A stretch of 23,986 bases of DNA from a virus (IMGVR_UViG_2529292907_000023:1-23986); one strand, 5' to 3'; positions 1-8,035 are shown, counted from the first letter of the stretch. Made by a program: numbers and translations. Notes: generated by a model from the letters alone, not told the origin.

Positions 1-1536
1 ATGGAAACCTGTTTTAAGATCCTTCAGCTCAAGTTCGACAAGAAGCTGACTAACCGTTGTATCGGACTGACGTTACACATCAGCGCCTCAACCGTTTTTG
101 AGGTTCTTGCCCGCTTCAAAGCCTCTTCTCTGTCATGGCCATTACCTGCTGATATATCCCATGACACGCTGGAGAAACTCATTTTTCCGCCCAAAGACAC
201 CTTTGCATCAGAGCTTGTAATGCCTGACATGTTGTACTTCGATACGGAAATGAGAAAACCAGGTGTGACGCGGCAACTGTTGTGGATGGAATACAAGGCA
301 CAGGCGGGTGACAAAGCGATGGGATACTCGCACTTCTGCCGTTGCTACCGGGAGTGGAAAAAAACGCGACGTCTCTCCATGCGCCAGGAGCATCGTGCCG
401 GCGAAAAGCTTTTTATCGACTTCTGTGGTCCTACGGTTCCTGTTATTAATCCGGACACCGGTGAGATACGCCGCGTGGCAATCTTCGTGGCCGTAATGGG
501 GGCGTCCAACTATACCTACGTTGAAGCGTGCGAAGGTCAGGACATGATGTCATGGTTAAATGCCCACAGCCGTTGCCTGACCTTCCTGGGCGGCGTACCG
601 AAGCTGCTCATCCCCGATAACCTCAGAAGCGCAGTGAAAAAGGCCGATCGCTATGAGCCTGTCATCAACGACAGTTATCAGGCACTGGCTGAGCACTATG
701 GCACGGTTATCATCCCGGCCCGACCACGCAAACCTAAAGATAAACCAAAAGCAGAAAACGGCGTCCTCATCGTCGAACGATGGCTTCTTGCCCGCATCCG
801 TAATGAAACCTTCCACACGCTCAGGGCGCTGAATGCGCGCCTTAGGGAGTTACTGACAGACATGAATAACCGGCCAATGAAGGGGTACGGCAATCAAACC
901 CGTGCAGAACGCTTCCGCATACTGGATGCGCCAGCACTCTCTCCGCTGCCTCTGGCACCTTATGAATACACGGAATACAAAGCTGTGAAGGTTGGCCCTG
1001 ACTACCACGTTGAATATGCCCGTCACTGGTACTCCGTTCCACACGAACTGGTCGGTCAGCGTCTGTCACTGAAGGCGGGGCAGTCGGTGGTACAGCTCTG
1101 GCACAAGGGGCAGTGTGTGGCGCAACATCCGCGCAGCACACATGAATATAAACACACAACCAATCCGCTTCACATGCCAGAGCGCCACCGGCAGCACGGG
1201 ACATGGACACCGGAACGCCTGATCGAGCAGGGAAAACGTACGGGCCCGTCCACAGGCCGGGTGGTTGAATCCATGCTGAAGGCAAAACCCCATCCGGAAC
1301 TGGCTTATCGTGCAGTTCTGGGGCTGCTGGCACTTCAGAAAAAATACGGCCCGGAACGGCTGGAAAAGGCCTGTTACGTTGCCCTGCACTATAACGCCCC
1401 TGACAGACGCTTTATCGACAATCTGCTGCGTCACCATCGGGAGAACCTGGAGCTTCCATTATCCCGCCAGGGCGAACAACATCCGGCATATGCTTCAGAG
1501 CATGAAAACCTGCGTGGTCCGGGCTACTACCACTGA
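1..1536 (+). CDS. istA: IS21-family transposase IstA (possibly N-terminally truncated by the window edge)
   Basis: 511-aa ORF starting at window position 1; central DDE-type region (DFCGP...D...E) and the C-terminal region typical of IstA; immediately followed by istB. Confidence 0.85.
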   Translation: METCFKILQLKFDKKLTNRCIGLTLHISASTVFEVLARFKASSLSWPLPADISHDTLEKLIFPPKDTFASELVMPDMLYFDTEMRKPGVTRQLLWMEYKAQAGDKAMGYSHFCRCYREWKKTRRLSMRQEHRAGEKLFIDFCGPTVPVINPDTGEIRRVAIFVAVMGASNYTYVEACEGQDMMSWLNAHSRCLTFLGGVPKLLIPDNLRSAVKKADRYEPVINDSYQALAEHYGTVIIPARPRKPKDKPKAENGVLIVERWLLARIRNETFHTLRALNARLRELLTDMNNRPMKGYGNQTRAERFRILDAPALSPLPLAPYEYTEYKAVKVGPDYHVEYARHWYSVPHELVGQRLSLKAGQSVVQLWHKGQCVAQHPRSTHEYKHTTNPLHMPERHRQHGTWTPERLIEQGKRTGPSTGRVVESMLKAKPHPELAYRAVLGLLALQKKYGPERLEKACYVALHYNAPDRRFIDNLLRHHRENLELPLSRQGEQHPAYASEHENLRGPGYYH

Positions 1537-1552
1537 CAGAAGGAACAACAGT

Positions 1553-2308
1553 ATGAGTGATAACCTGTTAAACAAACTGACCCAACTGAAACTCCCGGCG
1601 ATGGCCGGGAGCCTGATACGGCAGCGGGAAACGCCTCAGACCTACGACGAACTGTCGTTCGAGGAAAGGCTGACGCTGCTGGTTGATGACGAGCTTCTGA
1701 GCAGGGAAAACAGCCGTGTGGCACGGTTGAGAAAAAATGCCGGCCTGAAATACCAGGCAACACCGGAAGGGCTGCGCTATCCGGCCTCAAGAGGTCTGCG
1801 GGCTGAACAGATGAGAGAACTGCTGAACGGCCACTACATAACCCACAGGAAAAACCTGCTGATAACCGGTCCGACAGGATGTGGCAAGAGCTGGATAGCC
1901 AATGCACTGGGCGAACAGGCATGTCGACAGAAACACAGCGTCCGGTACTGTAGAACCGGGCGATTACTGGAACAACTGGCTCAGGGACGTGTTGATGGCA
2001 GCTGGCTGAAATATCTGAAACAGTTGCAAAAAATACAGGTTCTAATCCTGGACGATCTGGGGCTGGAACAGTTAAGTAACGCCCAGTGTAATGACCTTCT
2101 GGAGCTCATAGAGGATCGTTACGGACAAAGCAGCACGATAGTGGTAAGTCAGTTCCCGGTAGATAAATGGCATGGTCTGATGGAGAACCCAACAACAGCA
2201 GATGCCATCCTGGACAGACTGGTACATAACTCACACCGGGTGGTCCTTCAGGGAGAGTCACTGAGGAAAAATCCCCCGGTAGTGGAAAGCAGCGAAAAAA
2301 CGCGTTAA
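1553..2308 (+). CDS. istB: IS21-family ATP-binding helper IstB
   Basis: 251 aa from ATG at 1553 preceded by AAGGAAC RBS; Walker A GPTGCGKSW and Walker B LILDDLG; DnaC-like AAA+ fold typical of IstB. Confidence 0.9.
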   Translation: MSDNLLNKLTQLKLPAMAGSLIRQRETPQTYDELSFEERLTLLVDDELLSRENSRVARLRKNAGLKYQATPEGLRYPASRGLRAEQMRELLNGHYITHRKNLLITGPTGCGKSWIANALGEQACRQKHSVRYCRTGRLLEQLAQGRVDGSWLKYLKQLQKIQVLILDDLGLEQLSNAQCNDLLELIEDRYGQSSTIVVSQFPVDKWHGLMENPTTADAILDRLVHNSHRVVLQGESLRKNPPVVESSEKTR

Positions 2309-2329
2309 AAAGCGGTAGAAAAAGTTAAG

Positions 2330-2420
2330 TTCCCGGTTGATCGAATGGATGCGAATCGCTGATCGGACTTCGATGCCAATCCGTGATCGAATAGAGCGGA
2401 ATACGCAATCAGAGTGCCTC
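2330..2420 (+). repeat. Sub-terminal direct repeats of the IS21-family element (putative IstA binding sites)
   Basis: TGATCGAATGGA (2338-2349), TGATCGGACTTCGA (2360-2373) and TGATCGAATAGAG (2384-2396) within 60 bp downstream of istB. Confidence 0.5.
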
Positions 2421-2672
2421 TTACTCCTCCCACAAGAACACGATGCAGTAAAATCCATTCAGGCTGAGCCGTATGGACATCTCACACCTGTGACTCTCGG
2501 CATTATCGCCAGAGCATTAACACAGCCCATGCTTATGCGTATTAAGACCAATATAAATAACTGGTTGAATGAAGAATTAAGCTACCTTGATTGTGAGTGG
2601 GACAATCATTACGCAAAAACACAAAAAGAACGCATCTTCAGTCGATTATCCAGCAACAGATAACGAGCCACC

Positions 2673-3479
2673 TTATATACGCCCTTTCAGATAAGTCATC
2701 CCCGGCTGCATCCAGTCAACAGGTGCTTTCTTAAAGGGCGTATTATCAAAATCACGCAGAAGAGCCTCCAGCACAACTGCATCATTGTCAGCACCACTGG
2801 CCATCATTTCAATCTCAGCTGCTACCTGCAGATATCCCATGCAACGACCAATGCGCTTCATCAGCCCCTGCTTTTTATTGTTCTTCAGGTAATCAATGGC
2901 AAATTCAATGAGCGCCTCACTATGCTGGTGCGATGGCGGTGTTAATTTCCCATTTTCTGAGATGGTTATTTTCCCGCCATCTCCGTATACAACAAAGGAT
3001 GGCCGGTTACACTCCCATTCCTGATCTTTATCAGGTGCAGACGCAATAAAATAACGTTTATTTCCTTCCTCTCCGGCACTTTTAACCGTAATGGAGTACT
3101 CAGACTGCAGACAAGACGCCTCTTTTTCTGACCGCAGTGTTGACGGCGGCATCTTCAGAGAACCAGTAATTCTTCCCGGTAGCTTTCCTTTGTAGGTTAT
3201 CAACACATCCTGCGCCTCTAAAATTATGGGGCGCTTTTCCGGCAACGGTTCGTTCCCTTCACATAACCCGGCAGCAACATCCATGAAAAACTGCTTCGCC
3301 TGCTTTTTCGCCTCAGCTTCGTAAAACTCCAGCGTGGCACCTTCAGTACGGTCAAGACTAATCGCCACATTTGGCAACAACAGTGACGGATACCCACCAA
3401 TTTCCAGTACCACAGTAACAGTAATCTTATCCGGGTAATTATTTATCCCTTTAACAACCAGTTCGTATTTTTTCTTCAT
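2673..3479 (-). CDS. Hypothetical protein, 268 aa, in the endolysin position of the lysis cassette; function unknown
   Basis: ATG at 3479 lies 4 nt after the pinholin stop; its SD (GGGGAGAG) is formed by the last codons of the pinholin gene. No N-terminal hydrophobic SAR segment and no lysozyme or transglycosylase motif that I can recognise. About 45% GC. Confidence 0.7.
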   Translation of the reverse strand: MKKKYELVVKGINNYPDKITVTVVLEIGGYPSLLLPNVAISLDRTEGATLEFYEAEAKKQAKQFFMDVAAGLCEGNEPLPEKRPIILEAQDVLITYKGKLPGRITGSLKMPPSTLRSEKEASCLQSEYSITVKSAGEEGNKRYFIASAPDKDQEWECNRPSFVVYGDGGKITISENGKLTPPSHQHSEALIEFAIDYLKNNKKQGLMKRIGRCMGYLQVAAEIEMMASGADNDAVVLEALLRDFDNTPFKKAPVDWMQPGMTYLKGRI

Positions 3480-3483
3480 CGCT

Positions 3484-3699
3484 TTACTCTCCCCGCGCCG
3501 CCTTACGCCGGTCCTCTCTGATTTTGAAATACAGGTTAGTCAGATATGTCAGCAGCCCAAACAGCAGACTCCCCAGCACGCCTATTGCCGCCCACTGAGA
3601 CGGGGAAACCCTGTCCAGCAACTGCAGGAACCAGTAGCCCGTTCCCACCGCTGACGTGGTGTATGACACACCTGTTGTGATTTTTTCCATCTGGTACAT
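3484..3699 (-). CDS. S: Class II holin (pinholin), phage 21 S21-type, dual-start MYQM
   Basis: Protein [71 protein letters not shown] closely matches my recollection of S21 (…[46 protein letters not shown]); GGGAGA RBS upstream of ATG 3699; the longer ORF to 3777 would run through an upstream terminator hairpin. Confidence 0.85.
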   Translation of the reverse strand: MYQMEKITTGVSYTTSAVGTGYWFLQLLDRVSPSQWAAIGVLGSLLFGLLTYLTNLYFKIREDRRKAARGE

Positions 3700-3732
3700 A
3701 CCCCGTCTCCCGTTATCCGGAAGCTGACAACA

Positions 3733-3765
3733 ATAAAAAAAGCCACCAGTTAAGTACTGATGGCT
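3733..3765 (-). terminator. Intrinsic terminator-like hairpin between nanS-p and the pinholin gene
   Basis: Imperfect 10-bp stem (AGCCACCAGT / ACTGATGGCT), 5-nt loop, followed on the minus strand by TTTTTTTATT. Confidence 0.5.
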
Positions 3766-3849
3766 CTGATAACTCATGCAGGCATCTCAGACGACCCACT
3801 GACACTACCGGTGAGTTTAACGATACCTTCCATTTGACTGGCTCACTTT

Positions 3850-5703
3850 TTATGATGATGCCGGTGCATTTATCTCCAGCACCAGACTTTCTATCTCAAC
3901 GCCATACGCTGCATTTTTGGTAATATCCGTCAGCGTCAGTGCATTCAGTCCCACTGTCAGACTGTCTTTTATGACCTGGAATGCCGGGCCAGCCACTCCA
4001 TTCAGTTTCGGAGTAACCGTGGCACTGCCGGCGGTGAACACCAGCTCCAGCGTCTGCCAGTCGTTACTGTAATTCCCGAACTCGCCCAACTTTGTGTTTC
4101 CGGCTTTCTTGTGATGCATCAGATTCAGTTTGCCGTCTGTGGTCTGGGTGAAGAACGACATCAGGAACGGGTTACCAGTCCCGGTCATCGCCACGACGTC
4201 AGGTAACGCTACATCGGTATACAGATAAATTCCCAGACCGAACTGATTGTTGGTCAGTGCGCCTGACAGTCGAAACTTACAGCTCAGTCTGCCACCCCGT
4301 GTCAGCAGGGAGACTGCGTCATCCACCGGGCGCGTCAGGGACCAGGCTTTATTGCTCTGCTTGGTGATCTTAAATACACCATCTGACAACTGAATTCCGC
4401 CATTCTTAATGCTCCAGCCCTGCGCAGCAGCATCTCCGGCTGTCGGCAACAGGGAGATTGTGCGTACGGATGCATCTTCAGACGGCCCCGATGGCGTGTC
4501 GACGCCGGGCGAGGGTTTGATTTCCGGTGCCTTACCACTGATGAAGGCTGAGGTGCGCCCGGCTGCGTTCAGAATAGCGGTTGCCATACGATCCGGAATA
4601 ATGCTCCTGCGCGCCCATGAACTGAAATGTGTCGGGCGGTTTGATGATACCTGGTTTCCATTCGTTCTCGATGCCGCACCGTAATATCCTGATGCCGGAA
4701 TATCCGGATCTTCTGCCGGTGCGTTAGTGGCGGTATTGACGCCGTTACCGTCTGTCATGAAGGGCACAAAATAAACGCCCTCACTCTCCCTGTTTTTATA
4801 CCCTCCGTACACGGTGTCGTACTGGGTAGCGTATGTATTTTTCCAGTAATACGTCGTGTCACCACAAATCCACGGTACAACTGCAGCACTGCCGCCATGG
4901 CACTGCGCGTTAAATCCGGAAAGGTCAGTACGGAACTGCTTCAGCATGGCCGTGAACAGGTCCGGTTGCTGTGCGTAGGTGGCAGCGCTCATGTCAAATT
5001 CGCCCTGCATCCAGCACACCGCCAGCAACACATTTTTCGGGTTCTTCTGTAATGCAGCTTTAGTGCGCGCAATCAGGTCCTGATATAGCGGTTTACCCAC
5101 ACCCCAGCGTGCCGAATCCTGGCTGGCCCCCGCGTCCGCACTGAATGTCCCCTCCGCGCCCTGGGTGAATGCCGAACCACCACGACAGCATGGTACCAGC
5201 AGGATCCCCGCGTTATTCGGGATATACGGGAGCAGTTTTTTGGCAATATGTAAGCCCTGGCCGACACAGCCGTACTGCCCTTTGCTCAGGTCTGCCTTCG
5301 GATGATTCAGCGTACTCATATCCTGCACATCATGCAGACAGTGGTCAGCCGGGATGATGTCGTTATACGTACAACTCTCTCCACCCGGAGTTACCGTGCT
5401 GCGGCGCGCCAGCTGTTTAATGCGCGGATCCGGAGCATCGTAAGAATCCGGTAACGGAAGCCCTTCACCGTAGGCCATGCCGTTGGACTGTCCGGCAAGC
5501 ACAACCACGTAGAACCAGTCCGGCTCAGATGAAGGGCCGACCTGTGGATCTCCTTCAATAGCCACCGCCTGCATCAGTGTGTACGGCGTAATGGCAACCG
5601 GTCCGCCATATGGCTGCCAGCCCTCTTTCAGTTTGTGTGTCAGCTTTTCCGCAAGGTCTGACGGCGACGCCGCCCTGACAACATCATAGTGTTTAAATGC
5701 CAT
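3850..5703 (-). CDS. nanS-p: Prophage sialate 9-O-acetylesterase NanS-p (DUF1737 N-terminal domain plus SASA/SGNH esterase domain)
   Basis: 617 aa; N-terminus MAFKHYDVVRAASPSDLAEKLTHKLKEGWQPYG (DUF1737-like) followed by the GQSN esterase motif (VVLAGQSNGMAYG); strong RBS GGGAGGA; sits downstream of the tRNA cluster as in Stx and other lambdoid prophages of E. coli. Confidence 0.8.
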   Translation of the reverse strand: MAFKHYDVVRAASPSDLAEKLTHKLKEGWQPYGGPVAITPYTLMQAVAIEGDPQVGPSSEPDWFYVVVLAGQSNGMAYGEGLPLPDSYDAPDPRIKQLARRSTVTPGGESCTYNDIIPADHCLHDVQDMSTLNHPKADLSKGQYGCVGQGLHIAKKLLPYIPNNAGILLVPCCRGGSAFTQGAEGTFSADAGASQDSARWGVGKPLYQDLIARTKAALQKNPKNVLLAVCWMQGEFDMSAATYAQQPDLFTAMLKQFRTDLSGFNAQCHGGSAAVVPWICGDTTYYWKNTYATQYDTVYGGYKNRESEGVYFVPFMTDGNGVNTATNAPAEDPDIPASGYYGAASRTNGNQVSSNRPTHFSSWARRSIIPDRMATAILNAAGRTSAFISGKAPEIKPSPGVDTPSGPSEDASVRTISLLPTAGDAAAQGWSIKNGGIQLSDGVFKITKQSNKAWSLTRPVDDAVSLLTRGGRLSCKFRLSGALTNNQFGLGIYLYTDVALPDVVAMTGTGNPFLMSFFTQTTDGKLNLMHHKKAGNTKLGEFGNYSNDWQTLELVFTAGSATVTPKLNGVAGPAFQVIKDSLTVGLNALTLTDITKNAAYGVEIESLVLEINAPASS

Positions 5704-5897
5704 GAATCCTCCCGGCCGGGATAATATTGTGAGTAAAATGAGGAGCGGGCTGAAGTCCGGAAGTTACAGGACAATGGCAGAAGAGAGACAATAGCCCGCA
5801 ATACGAAAAAGGCCGCGCTATTGCGCAGAGTGATTACTGTCGGATATTATTCGCCAGCTGAAATATTACTTCACGTTTTGTTGTTTATTCCTTGCCG

Positions 5898-5925
5898 CCC
5901 GCGTCTCCCTGCGCGGGATTTTTTT
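5898..5925 (+). terminator. Plus-strand intrinsic terminator (6-bp GC stem, T7 tail) in the tRNA/nanS-p intergenic region
   Basis: CCCGCG-tctccctg-CGCGGG followed by ATTTTTTT on the plus strand. Confidence 0.5.
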
Positions 5926-5931
5926 GTCCAT

Positions 5932-5955
5932 AAGAAAGCCCCTCCGGAGAGGGGC
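5932..5955 (-). terminator. Minus-strand intrinsic terminator-like hairpin (7-bp stem, tetraloop)
   Basis: GCCCCTC-cgga-GAGGGGC; on the minus strand it is followed by TTTCTTAT. Abuts the plus-strand terminator, forming a convergent pair. Confidence 0.45.
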
Positions 5956-6151
5956 TGGAGAGTGGCGCTATGTGCCATTGCATGGTGCCGGGTGCCTCCC
6001 GGTGAATTCAGTACCAGCACCTGAATCCGCGATTATCCCATATACCTACTCGCTGATTGCCCCTCCGCACAGGGGGATTCACCATGCCAGTTTCTTTTAA
6101 CAAACTCCCCGCAAAACAGACAACTGTCAACCGTCTGAATTGTGAGACATT

Positions 6152-6178
6152 TAAAAAAAGGCCCGCAAAAGCGAGCCA
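6152..6178 (-). terminator. Intrinsic terminator immediately downstream of the tRNA cluster
   Basis: On the minus strand GGCTCG-cttttg-CGGGCC followed by TTTTTTTAA, directly 3' of tRNA-Arg(UCU). Confidence 0.6.
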
Positions 6179-6191
6179 GGGAAAATAAGTG

Positions 6192-6268
6192 TGGCGCGTT
6201 GTACTGGATTCGAACCAGTGACCGATTGCTTAGAAGGCAATTGCTCTGTCCGGCTGAGCTAACAACGC
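6192..6268 (-). tRNA. argO: tRNA-Arg (anticodon UCU)
   Basis: Reverse complement GCGTTGTTAGCTCAGCCGGACAGAGCAATTGCCTTCTAAGCAATCGGTCACTGGTTCGAATCCAGTACAACGCGCCA folds as a cloverleaf (7-bp acceptor, GTTCGAATC T-loop, CCA end); anticodon loop CTTCTAA. Symbol assigned only by positional analogy to phage 933W. Confidence 0.9.
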
Positions 6269-6281
6269 AGGGTACAGATAA

Positions 6282-6358
6282 TGGACCGCCATCGAGGACT
6301 CGAACCCCGCGCAACCAGCTTCGAAGGCTGGCGCTCTATCCTGATGAGCTAATGGCGG
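6282..6358 (-). tRNA. argN: tRNA-Arg (anticodon UCG)
   Basis: Reverse complement CCGCCATTAGCTCATCAGGATAGAGCGCCAGCCTTCGAAGCTGGTTGCGCGGGGTTCGAGTCCTCGATGGCGGTCCA; anticodon stem CCAGC/GCTGG with loop CTTCGAA (U33, anticodon UCG, A37). Symbol by positional analogy only. Confidence 0.85.
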
Positions 6359-6365
6359 TATGTGA

Positions 6366-6441
6366 TGGTGGCCCTTGCTGGATTTGAACCAGCGACCTGG
6401 CGATTATGAGTCGCTCGCTCTCACCACTGAGCTAAAGGGCC
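6366..6441 (-). tRNA. ileZ: tRNA-Ile2-like (anticodon CAU, lysidine type; Met cannot be excluded from sequence alone)
   Basis: Reverse complement GGCCCTTTAGCTCAGTGGTGAGAGCGAGCGACTCATAATCGCCAGGTCGCTGGTTCAAATCCAGCAAGGGCCACCA is very similar to E. coli ileX (tRNA-Ile k2CAU) as I recall it; anticodon loop CTCATAA. Confidence 0.9.
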
Positions 6442-6490
6442 GCGCGCAGAATAATAACGTTACGGAATTAATACTGCAATCTCATCCGTT

Positions 6491-7540
6491 TCAAACGATT
6501 AAATCCTGAACTTCCCTGACTGTCTGCTCAAAACGTCCGGTCTCCAGCTCAACACCAATCGCACGACGCCCCAGTGCCATCGCCGCTTTTACCGTTGAAC
6601 CCGACCCCATGAAAAAATCCGCAACCAGATCACCAGGACGACTACTTGCGCTGATTATCTGCTGCAGCATTTCTGCCGGTTTTTCGCACGGATGTTTCCC
6701 TGGATAGTACTGCACCGGTTTATACGTCCACACATCGGTGTACGGCACCTGCACCGTCACACCGAAATACCGCCGCAAATTTTTATATTCACTCAGCAGT
6801 TCCATATACTGCCGGTTCAGCTCACTGTATGTGCTGACCAGCTGGTGGTGTGGCTTTTCCAGTTCCCCGCGCTGATGTTTCTCTTCTGCCACCCGGGCAA
6901 ACAGCGACTGTAATTTCAGATAATCGCTTTCGTTCGGTAGCTGCCACTGACTGGCACTGAACCAGTGCGGCACCATGTTTTTCTTTCCTGTGGCATCTGC
7001 AATCTGTTTTGCCGTTATCCCCAGGGCAGCGCGCGCATCACGAAAGTAAGCAATCAGCGGGGCCATCACATGCTGTTTCAGTGCCCTGCCCTTCGCCTCA
7101 TACCCGGCATCTTTCGGACGATACGGCCCCTGATAATGTTCCGCGAACAGAATGCGCTCTGTGGCGGGGAAATACGCCCGCAGGCTTTCCTTGTTGCATC
7201 CGTTCCAGCGTCCGGACGGCTTCGCCCAGATAATATGGTTCAGCACACTGAAGCGTTCACGCATCATGATTTCGATATCAGATGCCAGGCGATGACCACA
7301 GAACAGGTAAAGACTTCCGGCAGGTTTCAGCACCCGCCAGAACTGCGCCAGACACTGGTCCAGCCACTTCAGGTAATCATCGTCGCCCTTCCACTGGTTA
7401 TCCCAGCCCTCAGGCTTCACTTTAAAGTACGGCGGGTCCGTGACTATCAGGTCAACAGAATTTTCGGGTAACGACCGGATAAATTCCAGGCAGTCGGCGT
7501 TGATTAACTCACAACTGGATATTTTTACAGTATTAGCCAT
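6491..7540 (-). CDS. Orphan DNA methyltransferase (beta-class N6-adenine or N4-cytosine MTase)
   Basis: 349 aa; motif IV DPPY (LIVTDPPYF) near the N-terminus and AdoMet-binding motif I FFMGSGST near the C-terminus (beta-class order); no adjacent restriction endonuclease candidate. Confidence 0.85.
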   Translation of the reverse strand: MANTVKISSCELINADCLEFIRSLPENSVDLIVTDPPYFKVKPEGWDNQWKGDDDYLKWLDQCLAQFWRVLKPAGSLYLFCGHRLASDIEIMMRERFSVLNHIIWAKPSGRWNGCNKESLRAYFPATERILFAEHYQGPYRPKDAGYEAKGRALKQHVMAPLIAYFRDARAALGITAKQIADATGKKNMVPHWFSASQWQLPNESDYLKLQSLFARVAEEKHQRGELEKPHHQLVSTYSELNRQYMELLSEYKNLRRYFGVTVQVPYTDVWTYKPVQYYPGKHPCEKPAEMLQQIISASSRPGDLVADFFMGSGSTVKAAMALGRRAIGVELETGRFEQTVREVQDLIV

Positions 7541-7676
7541 AGATCAATAAGCACTTCTCTGATAGGCTCATTCTGCTTTTGCGCAAAGCAGTGGGCCTGA
7601 GGTTTGCTTGTGAACCCAACGCATGAGCAGATGGCTGGTGGGTGCCCCTAACACCCACCAGCCGCCCATTTACCAC

Positions 7677-7704
7677 AAATAAAAAAGCCTTCACTGCGGA
7701 AGGC
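7677..7704 (-). terminator. Intrinsic terminator between the small post-tR' ORF and the methyltransferase gene
   Basis: GCCTTC-actgcg-GAAGGC hairpin followed on the minus strand by TTTTTTATTT; overlaps the stop codon of the 65-aa ORF. Confidence 0.65.
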
Positions 7705-7888
7705 GTCTGTAACAACCGAACTGATAGTCTGCCAGACCCGCCATAACCAGCTGGGTCAGTATTAACTGGCAGCGTTCGCGTGAAAGGTAAGTATTCTGCG
7801 CTATCTCCCCGACTGTCGCCGGTTCGGTAACGCTTAATTCATTAAACACTACTCTGGCGGTTTCTGTCATATCCTGCTGTTTCAGCAT
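7691..7888 (-). CDS. Hypothetical small protein (65 aa), possible winged-helix-like; alternative start at 7870
   Basis: ORF MLKQQDMTETARVVFNELSVTEPATVGEIAQNTYLSRERCQLILTQLVMAGLADYQFGCYRRLPQ; weak RBS; sits between two intrinsic terminators downstream of pR'. Confidence 0.4.
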   Translation of the reverse strand: MLKQQDMTETARVVFNELSVTEPATVGEIAQNTYLSRERCQLILTQLVMAGLADYQFGCYRRLPQ

Positions 7889-8010
7889 GTCTTTTTCCCT
7901 TTTTCGGTTAACGTGACACACCAATAACTCTTGTCGAAAAAGCCAGCAAGCTGAAAGACAGGTATTCACCGCCACCAGCACGTTTACTGTACTGGACCGA
8001 TTTCAGCCAT

Positions 8011-8035
8011 AAAAAAACCCGCTCGCGGCGGGTTT
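8011..8035 (-). terminator. tR'-like intrinsic terminator downstream of Q (end of the short late-promoter transcript)
   Basis: On the minus strand AAACCCGC-cgcga-GCGGGTTT followed by TTTTTTT; about 70-95 nt downstream of the Q stop, matching the lambdoid Q / pR' / tR' arrangement. Confidence 0.75.

Larger units (their letters stand above)
1..2430 (+). mobile_element. IS21-family insertion sequence (istA-istB); left end outside the window, right end approximate
   Basis: Two co-oriented ORFs with a 16-bp gap, the canonical IstA (DDE transposase) plus IstB (AAA+ helper) pair; a cluster of short direct repeats (TGATCGAAT-like) follows istB at 2330-2420, as expected for IS21-family terminal multi-repeats. 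The exact right terminus cannot be fixed without the left inverted repeat. Confidence 0.8.

Noticed and set aside
842-1437. Antisense ORFs inside istA (842-1333, 850-1044, 1066-1437 and others, all minus strand)
   Set aside because: Fully embedded in, and antisense to, a well-supported transposase gene; no RBS; typical spurious ORFs.
2673-3479. Calling the 268-aa ORF an endolysin because of its position
   Set aside because: No SAR or signal sequence and no catalytic motif of lysozyme, transglycosylase or amidase families recognisable by eye; position alone is insufficient. Left as hypothetical.
5704-6191. Possible Shiga toxin genes (stxA/stxB) between the tRNA cluster and nanS-p
   Set aside because: No ORF of appropriate size or orientation exists in this interval; it holds only hairpins and short spurious ORFs. 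The window encodes no Stx.
6033-6387. Track ORFs 6033-6314 (-) and 6142-6387 (+)
   Set aside because: They overlap the three tRNA genes and their terminator; translation products are low-complexity. Judged spurious.
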